Notes under the pieces: generated by a model
Told to the model about the DNA's origin: nothing
Seen by the model: only the letters and a program-made list of their open reading frames with translations
Databases searched by the model: none
Shown here: positions 1 through 9,475 of the stretch, piece by piece
Position numbering within the stretch: the stretch's first letter is position 1
Layout: each line of letters starts with the position of its first letter
From: a virus
Virus record (IMG/VR): IMGVR_UViG_3300044811_000031
Coordinates: 1 to 64,000 of that record
DNA length: 64,000 bases
Strand: one strand, 5' to 3'
Made by a program: the position numbers and the translations under genes

Positions 1-47
1 ACGGGTATGAACGCCTAGCTATGACCATCCCGAGGAGGGACGACAGC

Positions 48-248
48 ATGACGCAGGACGAGGACTTCATCACGGTGGCCGGGGCAGCCCGGCTGGCTGG
101 GGTGAGCGAGATCACCGTGCGCCGCTGGATGGACGACCCGAGCACCGGGGTCCGCAAGTACAAGGACGGTCGTGGCAGGGTGTGGGCCGACCGAAATGAC
201 ATCATCCGGCACAACACGCCGGTGGCGGTACCCTACGCGAACCAGTAA
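48..248 (+). CDS. Small helix-turn-helix DNA-binding protein (MerR/excisionase-like)
   Basis: ITVAGAARLAGVSEITVRRW HTH pattern; GAGGAGG RBS before ATG 48. Confidence 0.7.
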   Translation: MTQDEDFITVAGAARLAGVSEITVRRWMDDPSTGVRKYKDGRGRVWADRNDIIRHNTPVAVPYANQ

Positions 249-270
249 GGCCGGGAGACAGGAGAGCACA

Positions 271-717
271 GTGGCTGTCAAGGCCATCGAGACGCGTGCG
301 TACGGGTGCCGGTTCCGGTCCCGGACGGAGGCCCGCTGGGCCACGCTGTTCAACCACATGAAGTGGGGCTGGGAGTACGAGCCGCAGGGCTTCAAGCTGC
401 CCAGCGGAGGGTACCTGCCGGACTTCCGGCTGCGTATCCAGACCAGTCACGAGCCGTTCTGGTTCGAGGTCAAGCCCGGGAACAACAAGCGTGACGACCC
501 CCGCTGGCCCGAGCTGGCCGTGGCGAGCGACATGGTGATGGTGGTCGCCCGGGGGATGCACCGCACCGGAGACAACTGCTCCACGGCTCACGGGGCCCTC
601 GCGTACTCCCCCAGTGGGGCGACCGCGCTGATGGACCTGCTGTGGCAGAAGACCGTCCCGGCTGACGTCTGGGACGTCGCCAGCTCGGCCCGCTTCGAGT
701 TCGGGGAGATCGGATGA
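271..717 (+). CDS. PD-(D/E)XK nuclease-family protein
   Basis: FRSRTEARWA...WEYEPQGF...YLPDF...WFEVK motif; AGGAG before GTG 271. Confidence 0.75.
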   Translation: MAVKAIETRAYGCRFRSRTEARWATLFNHMKWGWEYEPQGFKLPSGGYLPDFRLRIQTSHEPFWFEVKPGNNKRDDPRWPELAVASDMVMVVARGMHRTGDNCSTAHGALAYSPSGATALMDLLWQKTVPADVWDVASSARFEFGEIG

Positions 718-935
718 TCGCCAAAGTGCTGACCGTGACCGGTCGGCTGCCCGACGGGACCGAGGTGGGCCTCGCGGCCGCAGCCCCGACCGAGCTGTAC
801 AACGAGCTGCGCACCGGTTCCGAGGACGCCCTGAGCTACTGGCTGCGCCGGGAGCACCCCGAGGTCGGCGCCATCACCTCGGTATGGATGGACTACGACG
901 TGCCGGAGCAGGGGGACGAGGATGACGACCACTGA
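714..935 (+). CDS. Hypothetical protein
   Basis: ATGA coupling to upstream gene; GC3-rich codons. Confidence 0.6.
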   Translation: MIAKVLTVTGRLPDGTEVGLAAAAPTELYNELRTGSEDALSYWLRREHPEVGAITSVWMDYDVPEQGDEDDDH

Positions 936-3900
936 AGATTCCCCGGCCGCCAAGGAGCTGTCGCAGGGCCATGCCGAAGAGCTGGCCCGATCGGTGATCA
1001 ACGCTGAAGCGATTACGGCTCGTGGCTACGAGACCCTGTACGGCTCGGACGAGGACAAGGCGCGGCTCAAGGCCCTGCACATCCCCCGCTGGGCCATCCG
1101 CGAGGACATGGCCTACCCGGGCATCCTCATGCCGATGTACCGCGTCACCGGTGAGGAGATCGGTGCGCAGTGGAAGCCCGCCATCCCCCAGGAGGCCCCC
1201 GGGGGCAAGCTGGAGAAGTACGCCAGCCAGGCCGGGGTGCCCAACCGGCTCGACGTCCCGCCGGGGGTGGCCGACTCCGTCCGCGACCCCAGCGACCCGC
1301 TGTGGATCACCGAAGGGATCAAGAAGGGCGACTGCCTGGCGAGCCTCGGCAAGGCCGTGGTCACGCTCACCGGCGTGTTCAACTGGCGCTCCAAGCACGG
1401 CACCCTGGGCGACTGGGAGGACATCCCGCTCCGGGGCCGGTCCGTGGTGATCTGCTTCGACTCCGATGCGCGGTCCAACCGCAACGTCATGGCGGCGATG
1501 CAGAGGCTCGGCCGGTGGCTGGGGTCCAAGGGTGCTCAGGACGTGCGGTACCTGATCGTCCCGGAGCAGGTCGACCAGACGCCGGTCAAGGGGGTGGACG
1601 ACTTCTTCGCCGCCGGGGGAACGATGGAGATCCTGGCCGGTGTGGCCATGACCGAGATCCCCAACGAGGCGCGGGACGCCACCTTCACCGACCGGGTGCT
1701 GGCCGACACGGTCTGCTCCGAGGAGCTGGACGGCCGCTTCCGCTGGGCCAGTGGGCTCGGCTGGATGCAGTGGACCGGCAAGGTGTGGAGGGAGGCCACT
1801 GAGGTCACCGTCACCGAGACCGTCAGCCGCTGGGCTCTGGAGCAGTTCCACCAGGCGGCGGACAATCACCTGCGGGGCAACGGCCGGGACGCTCAGGCAC
1901 TCATGGACGGCTGGCGCGGGGTGCTCTCGTCCGGCCGGGTGGGGGCGATCCTCAAGTTCGTGAAGGGGACGCTGGAGTGCGACCCGGACGCCTTCGACCG
2001 CGACCCGGATCTGCTCAACTGCCCGAACGGGATCGTGGACCTGCGGACGGGTCAGCTCCAGCCGCCGGACCCCGACATGCTGATGACCAAGATCACCGGT
2101 GCGGACTTCGTCAAGGACGCCGGGCACCCCGACTGGGACAAGGCTCTGGAGGCCCTGCCCGAGGACGTCAGGGACTGGTACCAGCTCCGCGTCGGGCAGG
2201 CTCTCACCGGCCACATGACCCCGGACGATCTGGTGGTCATCTGCCAGGGTGGCGGGAGTAACGGCAAGAGCACCGTGTACGACGGGTCCGCTCTCGCCGC
2301 CGGTAAGTACCACGTCCAGATCAGCGACCGGATGATGCTCGGGGCCGCGAGCGACAACCACCCCACCGAGATCATGGACCTGCTGGGGGCGCGGTACGCC
2401 GTGCTGGAGGAGACGCCGGAGTCAAGGAGGCTCGACACCAACCGGCTGAAGAAGGTCGCCGGTACCCGCGAGGTCACCGGCCGCCGCATCCGTCAGGACC
2501 CGGTGACCTTCAGCGCGACGCACAGCCTCTTCATCAACTCCAACTACAAGCCGGTGGTGGACGAGACCGACCACGGCACCTGGAGGCGCCTGGCGCTGCT
2601 GCGGTGGCCCTTCACCTTCAGGAAGGCCCAGAAGGACTGCCGGGGGCCGGAGGACCGGGTCGGTGACCCCACGCTGAGGGAGCGGATCAAGACCAACCCT
2701 CAGGCTCTGGAGGCCGCGCTCGCGTGGGCTGCGGCCGGGGCGAGGCGCTGGTACGAGCTGGAGAAGATCATGCCGGAGATGCCCGACCGGGTGATCGCCG
2801 ACACCCTCGAATGGCGCAAGGATGCCGACCTGATCCTGTCCTTCGTCGGGGAGGAGATCGAGTTCGATCTCGATGCGTACGTGGCCGGTACGGAGCTGCG
2901 CTCGGTGTTCAACAGGTGGGTCCGGGACAAGGGTCAGAAGGAGTGGGGGGACAAGACTTTCAACGCCCGTTTCGGGGGCCACGACGAGGTCTCCCAGCAC
3001 GGTGTGCAGTACCGCGTCGTGAAGGTTTCCAGCGGGCTGTCGACGCGGAAGCCGGATCCCCCCTCCGCATCGACCGTCAGGGCGTGGGTCGGTCTCAAAT
3101 TCCGAGACGAAAATGGAGGATCGGGCGAAACGGACATTTCGGTAAACGACCCGTTCACAGGCCCGGGAACAAGATCGGTTACGGCAGTTACACTTCCAGA
3201 CATAACCATTCCTGTACACCCCCGCGCGAGCGTTAATGCTGGAAGTGTAACTCCTGTAACCGATCATGAAACCGGAGCCGTAACGATCAAGGAATCTGAA
3301 ATCCAGGAGACCGGGGAAACCATGATCGAAAACCCGTTCGCGGATCTTTCCGTGGACCCCTTCGCGGACCCCGAGGAGGAGCCCCCCGCACCCCCCGTCA
3401 TCGACACCTCCGGACCGCTGGGATTCGACCTGGAGACTGCCGACGCGAAGGCCGCGTTCACGTACGGCCCGGGCTTCGTCCGGCTGCCGGGAGTGATCGA
3501 CCAGCACGGCACGATCCGCACCGGCGTGGACCCCGCCGAACTGGTCGAGATGATCAACGAGGCGCCGGAGGTCTACGGCCACAACATCCTCGGTTTCGAC
3601 GGCCCGGTGCTCGCGCACTGGCATGGGCTCGACTGGGAGGCGTTCACCGCCAAGGCTGTCGACACCGAGCCGCTCAGCCGTCAGGCCCACCCGCCGCACA
3701 GCCGCACCCACGGCTCGACCGACGAGTACGACCTCGATCACGTCGCGCTGCGCTACGGCCTGGTGGGCAAGATCACCGGGGAGGACGGCCTCCCGGCCCT
3801 CAAGCGCAAGTTCGGCGGGTACGACAAGATCCCTCTCGACAACCCGAAGTACAACGCCTACCTCGCGGGCGACCTGCGGGCCACCAAGGCGGTGCGGGAG

Positions 3901-5142
3901 ATCCTCCCCAGCGACGCGTACACCGCCCGGGAGCACGTGGTCCTGAAGCACATGGGACAGATGACCCTGAACGGGTTCAAAGTGGACGTCGCGCTCAACG
4001 AGCAGCGGATCCGGGAGGGGGAGGAGCGCAAGCAAGCCGCCCTCACGGCCCTCAGCGCCACCTACGGGCTCCCGCTGGGCCGCTCGGTACCCAGGGGGCG
4101 CGGGAAGGCGCGAGCGGCCGTCTGGGAGCCGCACAAGAGCCCGCTGGCCACCACGGAGGGCAACGCCTGGCTCCTCGACCTCTGGAAGCAGTTCGGGGTC
4201 CGGTACCCGCCGCGCACCAAGGAGGGCCACCTGAGCATGGCGGCCGACGCCCTGGAGACCGTGGCCCGGCACCCCCGCTGCGCGCCGGAGCTGAAGCAGG
4301 CTCTGGAGCTGATGGCCATCGTCACCAAGACCCGCACCGTCTACCAGACGGCGGCCACGTACCTCACCCCTGAGGGACGCGTCCACCCCAAGGTGAGCAT
4401 GCGCCAGGCATCCGGCCGGGGCTCCGTCACCGAGCCCGGGATGACCGTCTACGGCAAGCGCGACGGCAAGCACATCGAGCGGGACATCTTCATCGCGGAC
4501 GACGGCCACGTGATCATCACCTGCGACCTGAGCCAGGTCGACATGAGGGCGGTCGCGGGCCACTGCCAGGACCCGCTCTACATGGCGATGTTCGAGATCG
4601 GCAAGGACATGCACGCCGAGATCGCCGCGATGATGAACGTCACCCGCGACGGCGTCAAGCCGCTGAACCACGGCTACAACTACGGCATGGGCGCCCGCTC
4701 CATGATCGAGAAGGAGGGCCACGACCCGGGTCTGGTGCACGCCTTCTTCCAGGCGATGAGCCAGTTCACCGTCAAGGACACCTGGACCGGGAAGATCAGG
4801 GAGCAGGCGGAGGACGGCGGCCTGCTGGACAACGGCTTCGGCCGCCTGATGAGGTGCGACCCGAAGGCCGCCTACACCGTGGCGCCCGCGCTCATGGGCC
4901 AGGGCACGGCGCGCGACATCACCTGTCAGGTGCTGCTCCGGCTGCTGGACCGGCACCCCAACTACGCTCAGTATCTTAGGACTTGGGTCCACGACGAGTT
5001 TGTGTTCTCCGTCCCCGAGGACCAGGCCGAGCAGATCGGCAACGACATCAAGGAGGCGTTCACGTGGGAGTGGAAGGGCGTCCCGATCCTGTGCGAGCTG
5101 AGCAAGACGGGCCACAGCTGGGGAGAGTGCAGCGCCAAGTGA
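922..5142 (+). CDS. Fused primase (Toprim/DUF3854-like) - SF3/D5-type helicase - family A DNA polymerase with 3'-5' exonuclease
   Basis: Toprim ITEGIKKG and CFDSD; Walker A GGGSNGKST; Exo I/II/III FDLET, HNILGFD, YLAGD; Pol motifs A DLSQVDMR, B KPLNHGYNYG, C VHDE; one uninterrupted 1406-aa ORF. Confidence 0.9.
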   Translation: MTTTEDSPAAKELSQGHAEELARSVINAEAITARGYETLYGSDEDKARLKALHIPRWAIREDMAYPGILMPMYRVTGEEIGAQWKPAIPQEAPGGKLEKYASQAGVPNRLDVPPGVADSVRDPSDPLWITEGIKKGDCLASLGKAVVTLTGVFNWRSKHGTLGDWEDIPLRGRSVVICFDSDARSNRNVMAAMQRLGRWLGSKGAQDVRYLIVPEQVDQTPVKGVDDFFAAGGTMEILAGVAMTEIPNEARDATFTDRVLADTVCSEELDGRFRWASGLGWMQWTGKVWREATEVTVTETVSRWALEQFHQAADNHLRGNGRDAQALMDGWRGVLSSGRVGAILKFVKGTLECDPDAFDRDPDLLNCPNGIVDLRTGQLQPPDPDMLMTKITGADFVKDAGHPDWDKALEALPEDVRDWYQLRVGQALTGHMTPDDLVVICQGGGSNGKSTVYDGSALAAGKYHVQISDRMMLGAASDNHPTEIMDLLGARYAVLEETPESRRLDTNRLKKVAGTREVTGRRIRQDPVTFSATHSLFINSNYKPVVDETDHGTWRRLALLRWPFTFRKAQKDCRGPEDRVGDPTLRERIKTNPQALEAALAWAAAGARRWYELEKIMPEMPDRVIADTLEWRKDADLILSFVGEEIEFDLDAYVAGTELRSVFNRWVRDKGQKEWGDKTFNARFGGHDEVSQHGVQYRVVKVSSGLSTRKPDPPSASTVRAWVGLKFRDENGGSGETDISVNDPFTGPGTRSVTAVTLPDITIPVHPRASVNAGSVTPVTDHETGAVTIKESEIQETGETMIENPFADLSVDPFADPEEEPPAPPVIDTSGPLGFDLETADAKAAFTYGPGFVRLPGVIDQHGTIRTGVDPAELVEMINEAPEVYGHNILGFDGPVLAHWHGLDWEAFTAKAVDTEPLSRQAHPPHSRTHGSTDEYDLDHVALRYGLVGKITGEDGLPALKRKFGGYDKIPLDNPKYNAYLAGDLRATKAVREILPSDAYTAREHVVLKHMGQMTLNGFKVDVALNEQRIREGEERKQAALTALSATYGLPLGRSVPRGRGKARAAVWEPHKSPLATTEGNAWLLDLWKQFGVRYPPRTKEGHLSMAADALETVARHPRCAPELKQALELMAIVTKTRTVYQTAATYLTPEGRVHPKVSMRQASGRGSVTEPGMTVYGKRDGKHIERDIFIADDGHVIITCDLSQVDMRAVAGHCQDPLYMAMFEIGKDMHAEIAAMMNVTRDGVKPLNHGYNYGMGARSMIEKEGHDPGLVHAFFQAMSQFTVKDTWTGKIREQAEDGGLLDNGFGRLMRCDPKAAYTVAPALMGQGTARDITCQVLLRLLDRHPNYAQYLRTWVHDEFVFSVPEDQAEQIGNDIKEAFTWEWKGVPILCELSKTGHSWGECSAK
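3173..3265. repeat. 27-bp imperfect inverted repeat with GTTAC/GTAAC units inside the helicase-polymerase linker
   Basis: GATCGGTTACGGCAGTTACACTTCCAG (3173-3199) vs CTGGAAGTGTAACTCCTGTAACCGATC (3239-3265), 2 mismatches. Confidence 0.85.
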
Positions 5143-5312
5143 AGCACTACGAGGCAGAGGTCAGCGTCAAGATCAGCGGTCTGCCGGACCAGTACGTGGC
5201 CGACCGGCTGGTCACCTCGATCCAGGAGCTGATCACATCGCTGTACAGCGAGAGCGGCGACCTGGTACTGGGGATGTTCGTCAACGAGTACGACCCCGAG
5301 GAGGGACCGTGA
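5139..5312 (+). CDS. Hypothetical protein
   Basis: GTGA overlap with replicase stop. Confidence 0.55.
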   Translation: MKHYEAEVSVKISGLPDQYVADRLVTSIQELITSLYSESGDLVLGMFVNEYDPEEGP

Positions 5313-5839
5313 CCATCAACGAGCCGTTCCCCACCCGGCCGTGGACTGCGGCCGACTGGCGGTGGACGGACGACGAGCCCCAGCTCCAGCCGGAGCCCGG
5401 GGAGACGTTCGGCGAGGCACTGACCCGGATGTCTGCACCCCGCGCCCGTATCGAGCCGCTGAGCCCCGCTGCGAGGGAGATGATCAGGCAGCACCAGGAG
5501 ACTGAGATGACCCCGGCCGAGGCCCGGGAGTGCCTGGGGCTCCCCGACGACAACCAGGCCACCGGGCTGTGGCCCGCCATCCGGGACTTCCACCCGTTCG
5601 CCGAATCGCAGGAGGCCGCGAGGCAGGTTCTCCAGCAGTACGAAGACCTGATGCGCTACACGTACCGGGGCTCGGGGGCGTTCTCGGACGGAGAGCCCGA
5701 GACGGCCGGACCCGGGGCGACCAGCCGGTATGCCGGTTACACGTACGACTGCGGAGACGTGCCCGGGTACCGGCCTGACGGGGAACCCAGCGGGGATGCC
5801 ATGACCCGCTCCGGCGAGGACACAGGGAGCGTCTGGTGA
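5309..5839 (+). CDS. Hypothetical protein
   Basis: Coupled ORF with GGAGG RBS. Confidence 0.6.
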   Translation: MTINEPFPTRPWTAADWRWTDDEPQLQPEPGETFGEALTRMSAPRARIEPLSPAAREMIRQHQETEMTPAEARECLGLPDDNQATGLWPAIRDFHPFAESQEAARQVLQQYEDLMRYTYRGSGAFSDGEPETAGPGATSRYAGYTYDCGDVPGYRPDGEPSGDAMTRSGEDTGSVW

Positions 5840-6024
5840 GCATCGTGCAGGTCTCCACGGCGCTCCGCTGCGACGCGTACGAGGCTGCCCCCGGGTGCCT
5901 GATCATGAGCAGGCCGGTGTACGTGAGCACCGGCCCGTCCCTCGTGACCGACGGCTGGCACCAGGCCGAGGGATACCCGGTCAGGCACATCTGCCCGTGC
6001 TGCTGGGAGAGGGGCGAAAGGTGA
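5836..6024 (+). CDS. Small Cys-rich hypothetical protein
   Basis: GTGA coupling; RCD...C and HICPCC. Confidence 0.55.
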   Translation: MSIVQVSTALRCDAYEAAPGCLIMSRPVYVSTGPSLVTDGWHQAEGYPVRHICPCCWERGER

Positions 6025-6200
6025 CCTGCCACAAGACCCGGGGCTGGACCGAGCGCAAGGACGCCCGGGAGGAGCTGCTCAAGCAGTGGGCGTCCGGCCG
6101 GTACACCCTCAAAGGCACACACTGGTGCCAGGAGCACAAGGCGTACCACCTGACGAGCAAGCCCACCACCACCGGCAACAACTACAGCTACCGGGACTGA
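6021..6200 (+). CDS. Small hypothetical protein (WCxxHxxYHLTS type)
   Basis: GTGA coupling; typical small phage Zn-binding-like ending. Confidence 0.55.
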   Translation: MTCHKTRGWTERKDAREELLKQWASGRYTLKGTHWCQEHKAYHLTSKPTTTGNNYSYRD

Positions 6201-6207
6201 GGACCGC

Positions 6208-6921
6208 ATGACGACAGCCGTGTACGTGACCACCGAGGAGATCGACCTCGACGCCCTCACGCCCTTCCCGGGCAACGCCTGGCAGGGCGACCCGGAGAAG
6301 ATCGCGGAGAGCATCCGGGCCAACGGCCAGTACCGCTCCATGGTCGTCCGGCGCACCGGCGAGGGCGACGTCGTGCTCGCGGGCAACCACACCCGCCTCG
6401 CCCTGAAGCACCTGGGGCGCAGCTCCGGCCGGTGCGAGGTGATCGTGTGCGACGCCGATACCGCCGTACGCATCAACCTCGCGGACAACAAGATCCCCAC
6501 GTACGGCAGCTACGACGACAACGCCCTGCTGGAGCTGCTCAAGGTCGTGGCCGACGATATGACCGGCACCGGCTACGATCCCGACGAGCTGGACGACCTC
6601 CTGGCCGCCCTCACCCCGGACGTCACCGTGCTGCCGGAGGTGGGGCCCACGGACGCCCGCTACGCCGAGAGCGACGAGGAGGAGCAGGCGCGGCGCGACC
6701 GGGTCGAGGCATACGAGCCGCGCCACGGCGGGGGCGACGGGGACGGAGCGATGACCGAGCTGATCCTCGTCATGACCGTGGCCGACCGCACCGAGGCAGC
6801 CGAACTGATCAAGACGGTGCGCGAGCGCGACGGCGACCTGACCGCCGGGCAGATCGTGCTCTACGCCCTGCGGGTGCACGCGGCCGACGACGGGCCGGAA
6901 GAGGGCGACGAGGATGCCTGA
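6208..6921 (+). CDS. ParB-like N-terminal domain protein
   Basis: LTPFPGNA...IAESIRANGQYRSMVV...VLAGNHTRLAL...INLADNK. Confidence 0.85.
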   Translation: MTTAVYVTTEEIDLDALTPFPGNAWQGDPEKIAESIRANGQYRSMVVRRTGEGDVVLAGNHTRLALKHLGRSSGRCEVIVCDADTAVRINLADNKIPTYGSYDDNALLELLKVVADDMTGTGYDPDELDDLLAALTPDVTVLPEVGPTDARYAESDEEEQARRDRVEAYEPRHGGGDGDGAMTELILVMTVADRTEAAELIKTVRERDGDLTAGQIVLYALRVHAADDGPEEGDEDA

Positions 6922-7339
6922 GCACCACGACCTCACCGGCGTACGCCTGACCGTGTGGTCGGGCCCTCAGGACGGCGCTGAGGTCCCCGTAGGGGGCATT
7001 GTGTCCGTCAAGCTGGACCCCCGAGGAGAGGACATGGCCATGCGTGATCCCGAGACCGCGAGACTGCTCCGGGCGGTGAGCGTGGCCGTGGCCGATGCAC
7101 GGGAGGGCGGCTGCGCCGCTCGTGCCTGCATCTGGGACGCGACGGTCGCCGCTGTCGACGGGGAGTACCGCGAGCACGCCTCCCCCGAGGCACGGCGCAC
7201 CGCAGACGGCGCATGCCGCGCCGTGGATCCGCCGACCGTCAAGGCCGGGCCCCGGCCGCCGGACCCTCCCCGCCTCGCCCGCTGGCTGCTGCGCCTGGGC
7301 AACGCGCTCGCGTCCAGGAAGGCCCGGCATGGAGCTTGA
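6914..7339 (+). CDS. Hypothetical protein
   Basis: Fills gap between ParB and transferase, overlapping both. Confidence 0.5.
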   Translation: MPEHHDLTGVRLTVWSGPQDGAEVPVGGIVSVKLDPRGEDMAMRDPETARLLRAVSVAVADAREGGCAARACIWDATVAAVDGEYREHASPEARRTADGACRAVDPPTVKAGPRPPDPPRLARWLLRLGNALASRKARHGA

Positions 7340-8453
7340 GCGGGGCATGGACTTCCGCCTGCCGGAGTACCGGCGCGAGGTGTTCATCAGGTTCTTCCTG
7401 TGGACGTGCAGGCGGCGCAGCCACCCCGGCGCGGTGTACTACCTGATGCCCTGGCTGCGGGAGCACTACGGCTGGACGGCTGAGGAGGCCCTGTGGTTCG
7501 CGTTCCTCAACGGCAACACCCAGCACCCGGTGACCTCCCTCCTGCTGATGGACCGGTGCAATGACCCGAACGACGACGCCACCGTGGAGAGGATGCTGCA
7601 CTTCTACCGGCGGCAGTACCCGTGGCTGGCGTTCGACACCGACCGCCGCCACTGGAAGAAGAGCCTGCCCCAGGCCGTGGACAGCTACCGTGCCGCGCTG
7701 AAGCCCTACGGCGGAAGCCAGGCGGACATGTGGCAGGCTGCCGCCTCCGGAGGGTTCGCCGGAGTGTGGGACCAGGCCACCGCCCTGTACGGCTTCGGCC
7801 GTCTGAGCGCCTTCAGCTACGCCGAGTACCTGTGGCTGGCCGGGGTGCCGTTCACCTGTGACGACCTGATGCTCGGGGACAAGGACGGCTCCCGCTCCCA
7901 CCGCAACGGGCTGTGCATCGCCACCGGACAGGACGGCCTCGTCTGGGACCGGGCCCTCGGGACGTACGACGGCCGCTACCCGCCGAAGACCATCGCCACC
8001 CTGACCCGGGTGGCCGCGAGCATCCTTGAGGAGGCTCAGGACCGCGCCGGGGCGGCCTGGCGGGGGGACGTCAACAACTTCACCCTGGAGTCCGCCCTGT
8101 GCACGTACAAGGGCTGGCACAAGCCCAACCGCCGGTACCCCGGCGTCTACAACGACATGCTCTACACCCGGCTCAAGCGGTACGAGGAGACGTGGCCCGG
8201 CGGGGGGCAGCAGTGGACGGCCCCCTTCTGGCAGGCGCGCCACGACAGCCTCCCCGCGTGGATGCGGCTGGAGGACAGCCCGTACGACCCCGGCTGCGTC
8301 CCGGTGAAGCAGAACTGGTACCGCACCACCGGGGAGATCCCCGTCATGGGCCACGACGATCCGGTCTTCTGGTCGGGCTTCGACTCGGGGGTCGGGCGGG
8401 GCGAGTTCGGCCTGAGGAAAGATCTCCAACGGGACAGGATGGTGCTGCGGTGA
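7329..8453 (+). CDS. Amino acid:DNA transferase (aGPT-Pplase2-like, thymidine hypermodification)
   Basis: WFAFLNGNTQHP, FDTDRRH, FGRLSAFSYAEYL, GSRSHRNGL, FTLESALCTYKGWHKPNRRYP motifs; context with kinase and PLP enzyme. Confidence 0.8.
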   Translation: MELERGMDFRLPEYRREVFIRFFLWTCRRRSHPGAVYYLMPWLREHYGWTAEEALWFAFLNGNTQHPVTSLLLMDRCNDPNDDATVERMLHFYRRQYPWLAFDTDRRHWKKSLPQAVDSYRAALKPYGGSQADMWQAAASGGFAGVWDQATALYGFGRLSAFSYAEYLWLAGVPFTCDDLMLGDKDGSRSHRNGLCIATGQDGLVWDRALGTYDGRYPPKTIATLTRVAASILEEAQDRAGAAWRGDVNNFTLESALCTYKGWHKPNRRYPGVYNDMLYTRLKRYEETWPGGGQQWTAPFWQARHDSLPAWMRLEDSPYDPGCVPVKQNWYRTTGEIPVMGHDDPVFWSGFDSGVGRGEFGLRKDLQRDRMVLR

Positions 8454-9475
8454 CCACCGGCACGATCTTCCCCGACCTCGCCCCGGCCGACGTCCACTGG
8501 GGTGACCAGACCGACAAGCTCACCCCGGTCGACACCGGCGAGAGCGGCCTGATGTACAAGCGTGAAGATTTCTTCGCCCCGCTGGGGTACGGCGGCATCA
8601 ACGGCTCCAAGCTGCGCCAGCTCATCTACCTCATGGAGCCGATGCGTGGCGGCACCGCCGTGACCGCCTGCTCCGTGCTGTCCCCGCAGAGCAGCATGAC
8701 CGCTCTGGTCGGCCGTCACTTCGGGGTCGGGGTCACGGTCATCCTGGGGGCGACGCGGTACGAGAGTGCCGTCAAGCACGAGAACGTGAAGATCGCCGTG
8801 GCTGCCGGAGCCGAGCTGAAGTTCGTCAAGGTGGCCTACAACCCGGCGCTCCAGAGGGCTGTGAAGCTCCACCAGGCGGAGCACGGGAGCTACGTGGTGC
8901 CCTACGGCATCACCACCCCGCCCGAGGCCGGACCGCGCCAGGTCGCGAGCTTCCACCTGCTCGCGTCGCGTCAGGTCGTCAACATCCCCGCCCAGACCCG
9001 CACTCTGGTGATCCCCTTCGGCTCTGCCAACTCGGCCACCGGTGTGCTCACCGGGCTGGCCCGCTACGGCCCCGGAGCCATCAGCCGGGTGGTGCTCATC
9101 GGCATCGGGCCCAACCGGCTGCCCTGGCTGTGGAAGCGGCTGGAGGTGATCGAGCGGGGACTCGGGCTCGACATCCGCAGCCTGTTCACGGTGCGCAGCC
9201 ACTTCCAGGGGGCGCAGTCCTCCGCCGACGTACAGGACACCGCCGGGCCCGTGCTGCTGGAGCACTACGACCTGCACGGCACGGGGTACGTCAGATACGC
9301 CGACCGGCGCCTCTGGAGGCAGGACGGCATCGACTTCCACCCCACGTACGAGGGCAAGGTCATGCACTGGCTCGCCGACGTCCGCCCCCACTGGCACAAG
9401 CCCGCCGACGGTACCGAACTGTTCTGGATCGTCGGTTCCGAGCCCCACCTGTCCGCGATGAAGGAGCTGCTGTGA
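8450..9475 (+). CDS. PLP-dependent enzyme (fold-type II; DNA-modification decarboxylase-like)
   Basis: TPV...YKREDFFAPLGYGGINGSKLRQ (Schiff-base Lys region), PFGSANS, FHPTYEGK, LFWIVG. Confidence 0.8.
   Translation: MTTGTIFPDLAPADVHWGDQTDKLTPVDTGESGLMYKREDFFAPLGYGGINGSKLRQLIYLMEPMRGGTAVTACSVLSPQSSMTALVGRHFGVGVTVILGATRYESAVKHENVKIAVAAGAELKFVKVAYNPALQRAVKLHQAEHGSYVVPYGITTPPEAGPRQVASFHLLASRQVVNIPAQTRTLVIPFGSANSATGVLTGLARYGPGAISRVVLIGIGPNRLPWLWKRLEVIERGLGLDIRSLFTVRSHFQGAQSSADVQDTAGPVLLEHYDLHGTGYVRYADRRLWRQDGIDFHPTYEGKVMHWLADVRPHWHKPADGTELFWIVGSEPHLSAMKELL

Noticed and set aside
3060-3400. Intein or intron in the replicase
   Set aside because: No C/S...HN intein ends and too short; frame stays open; better explained as a linker with a palindrome
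874-5115. Long minus-strand ORFs opposite the replicase (and similar ones opposite portal, protease, capsid, TMP)
   Set aside because: Antisense shadows expected from high GC3 codon bias; no motifs or RBS
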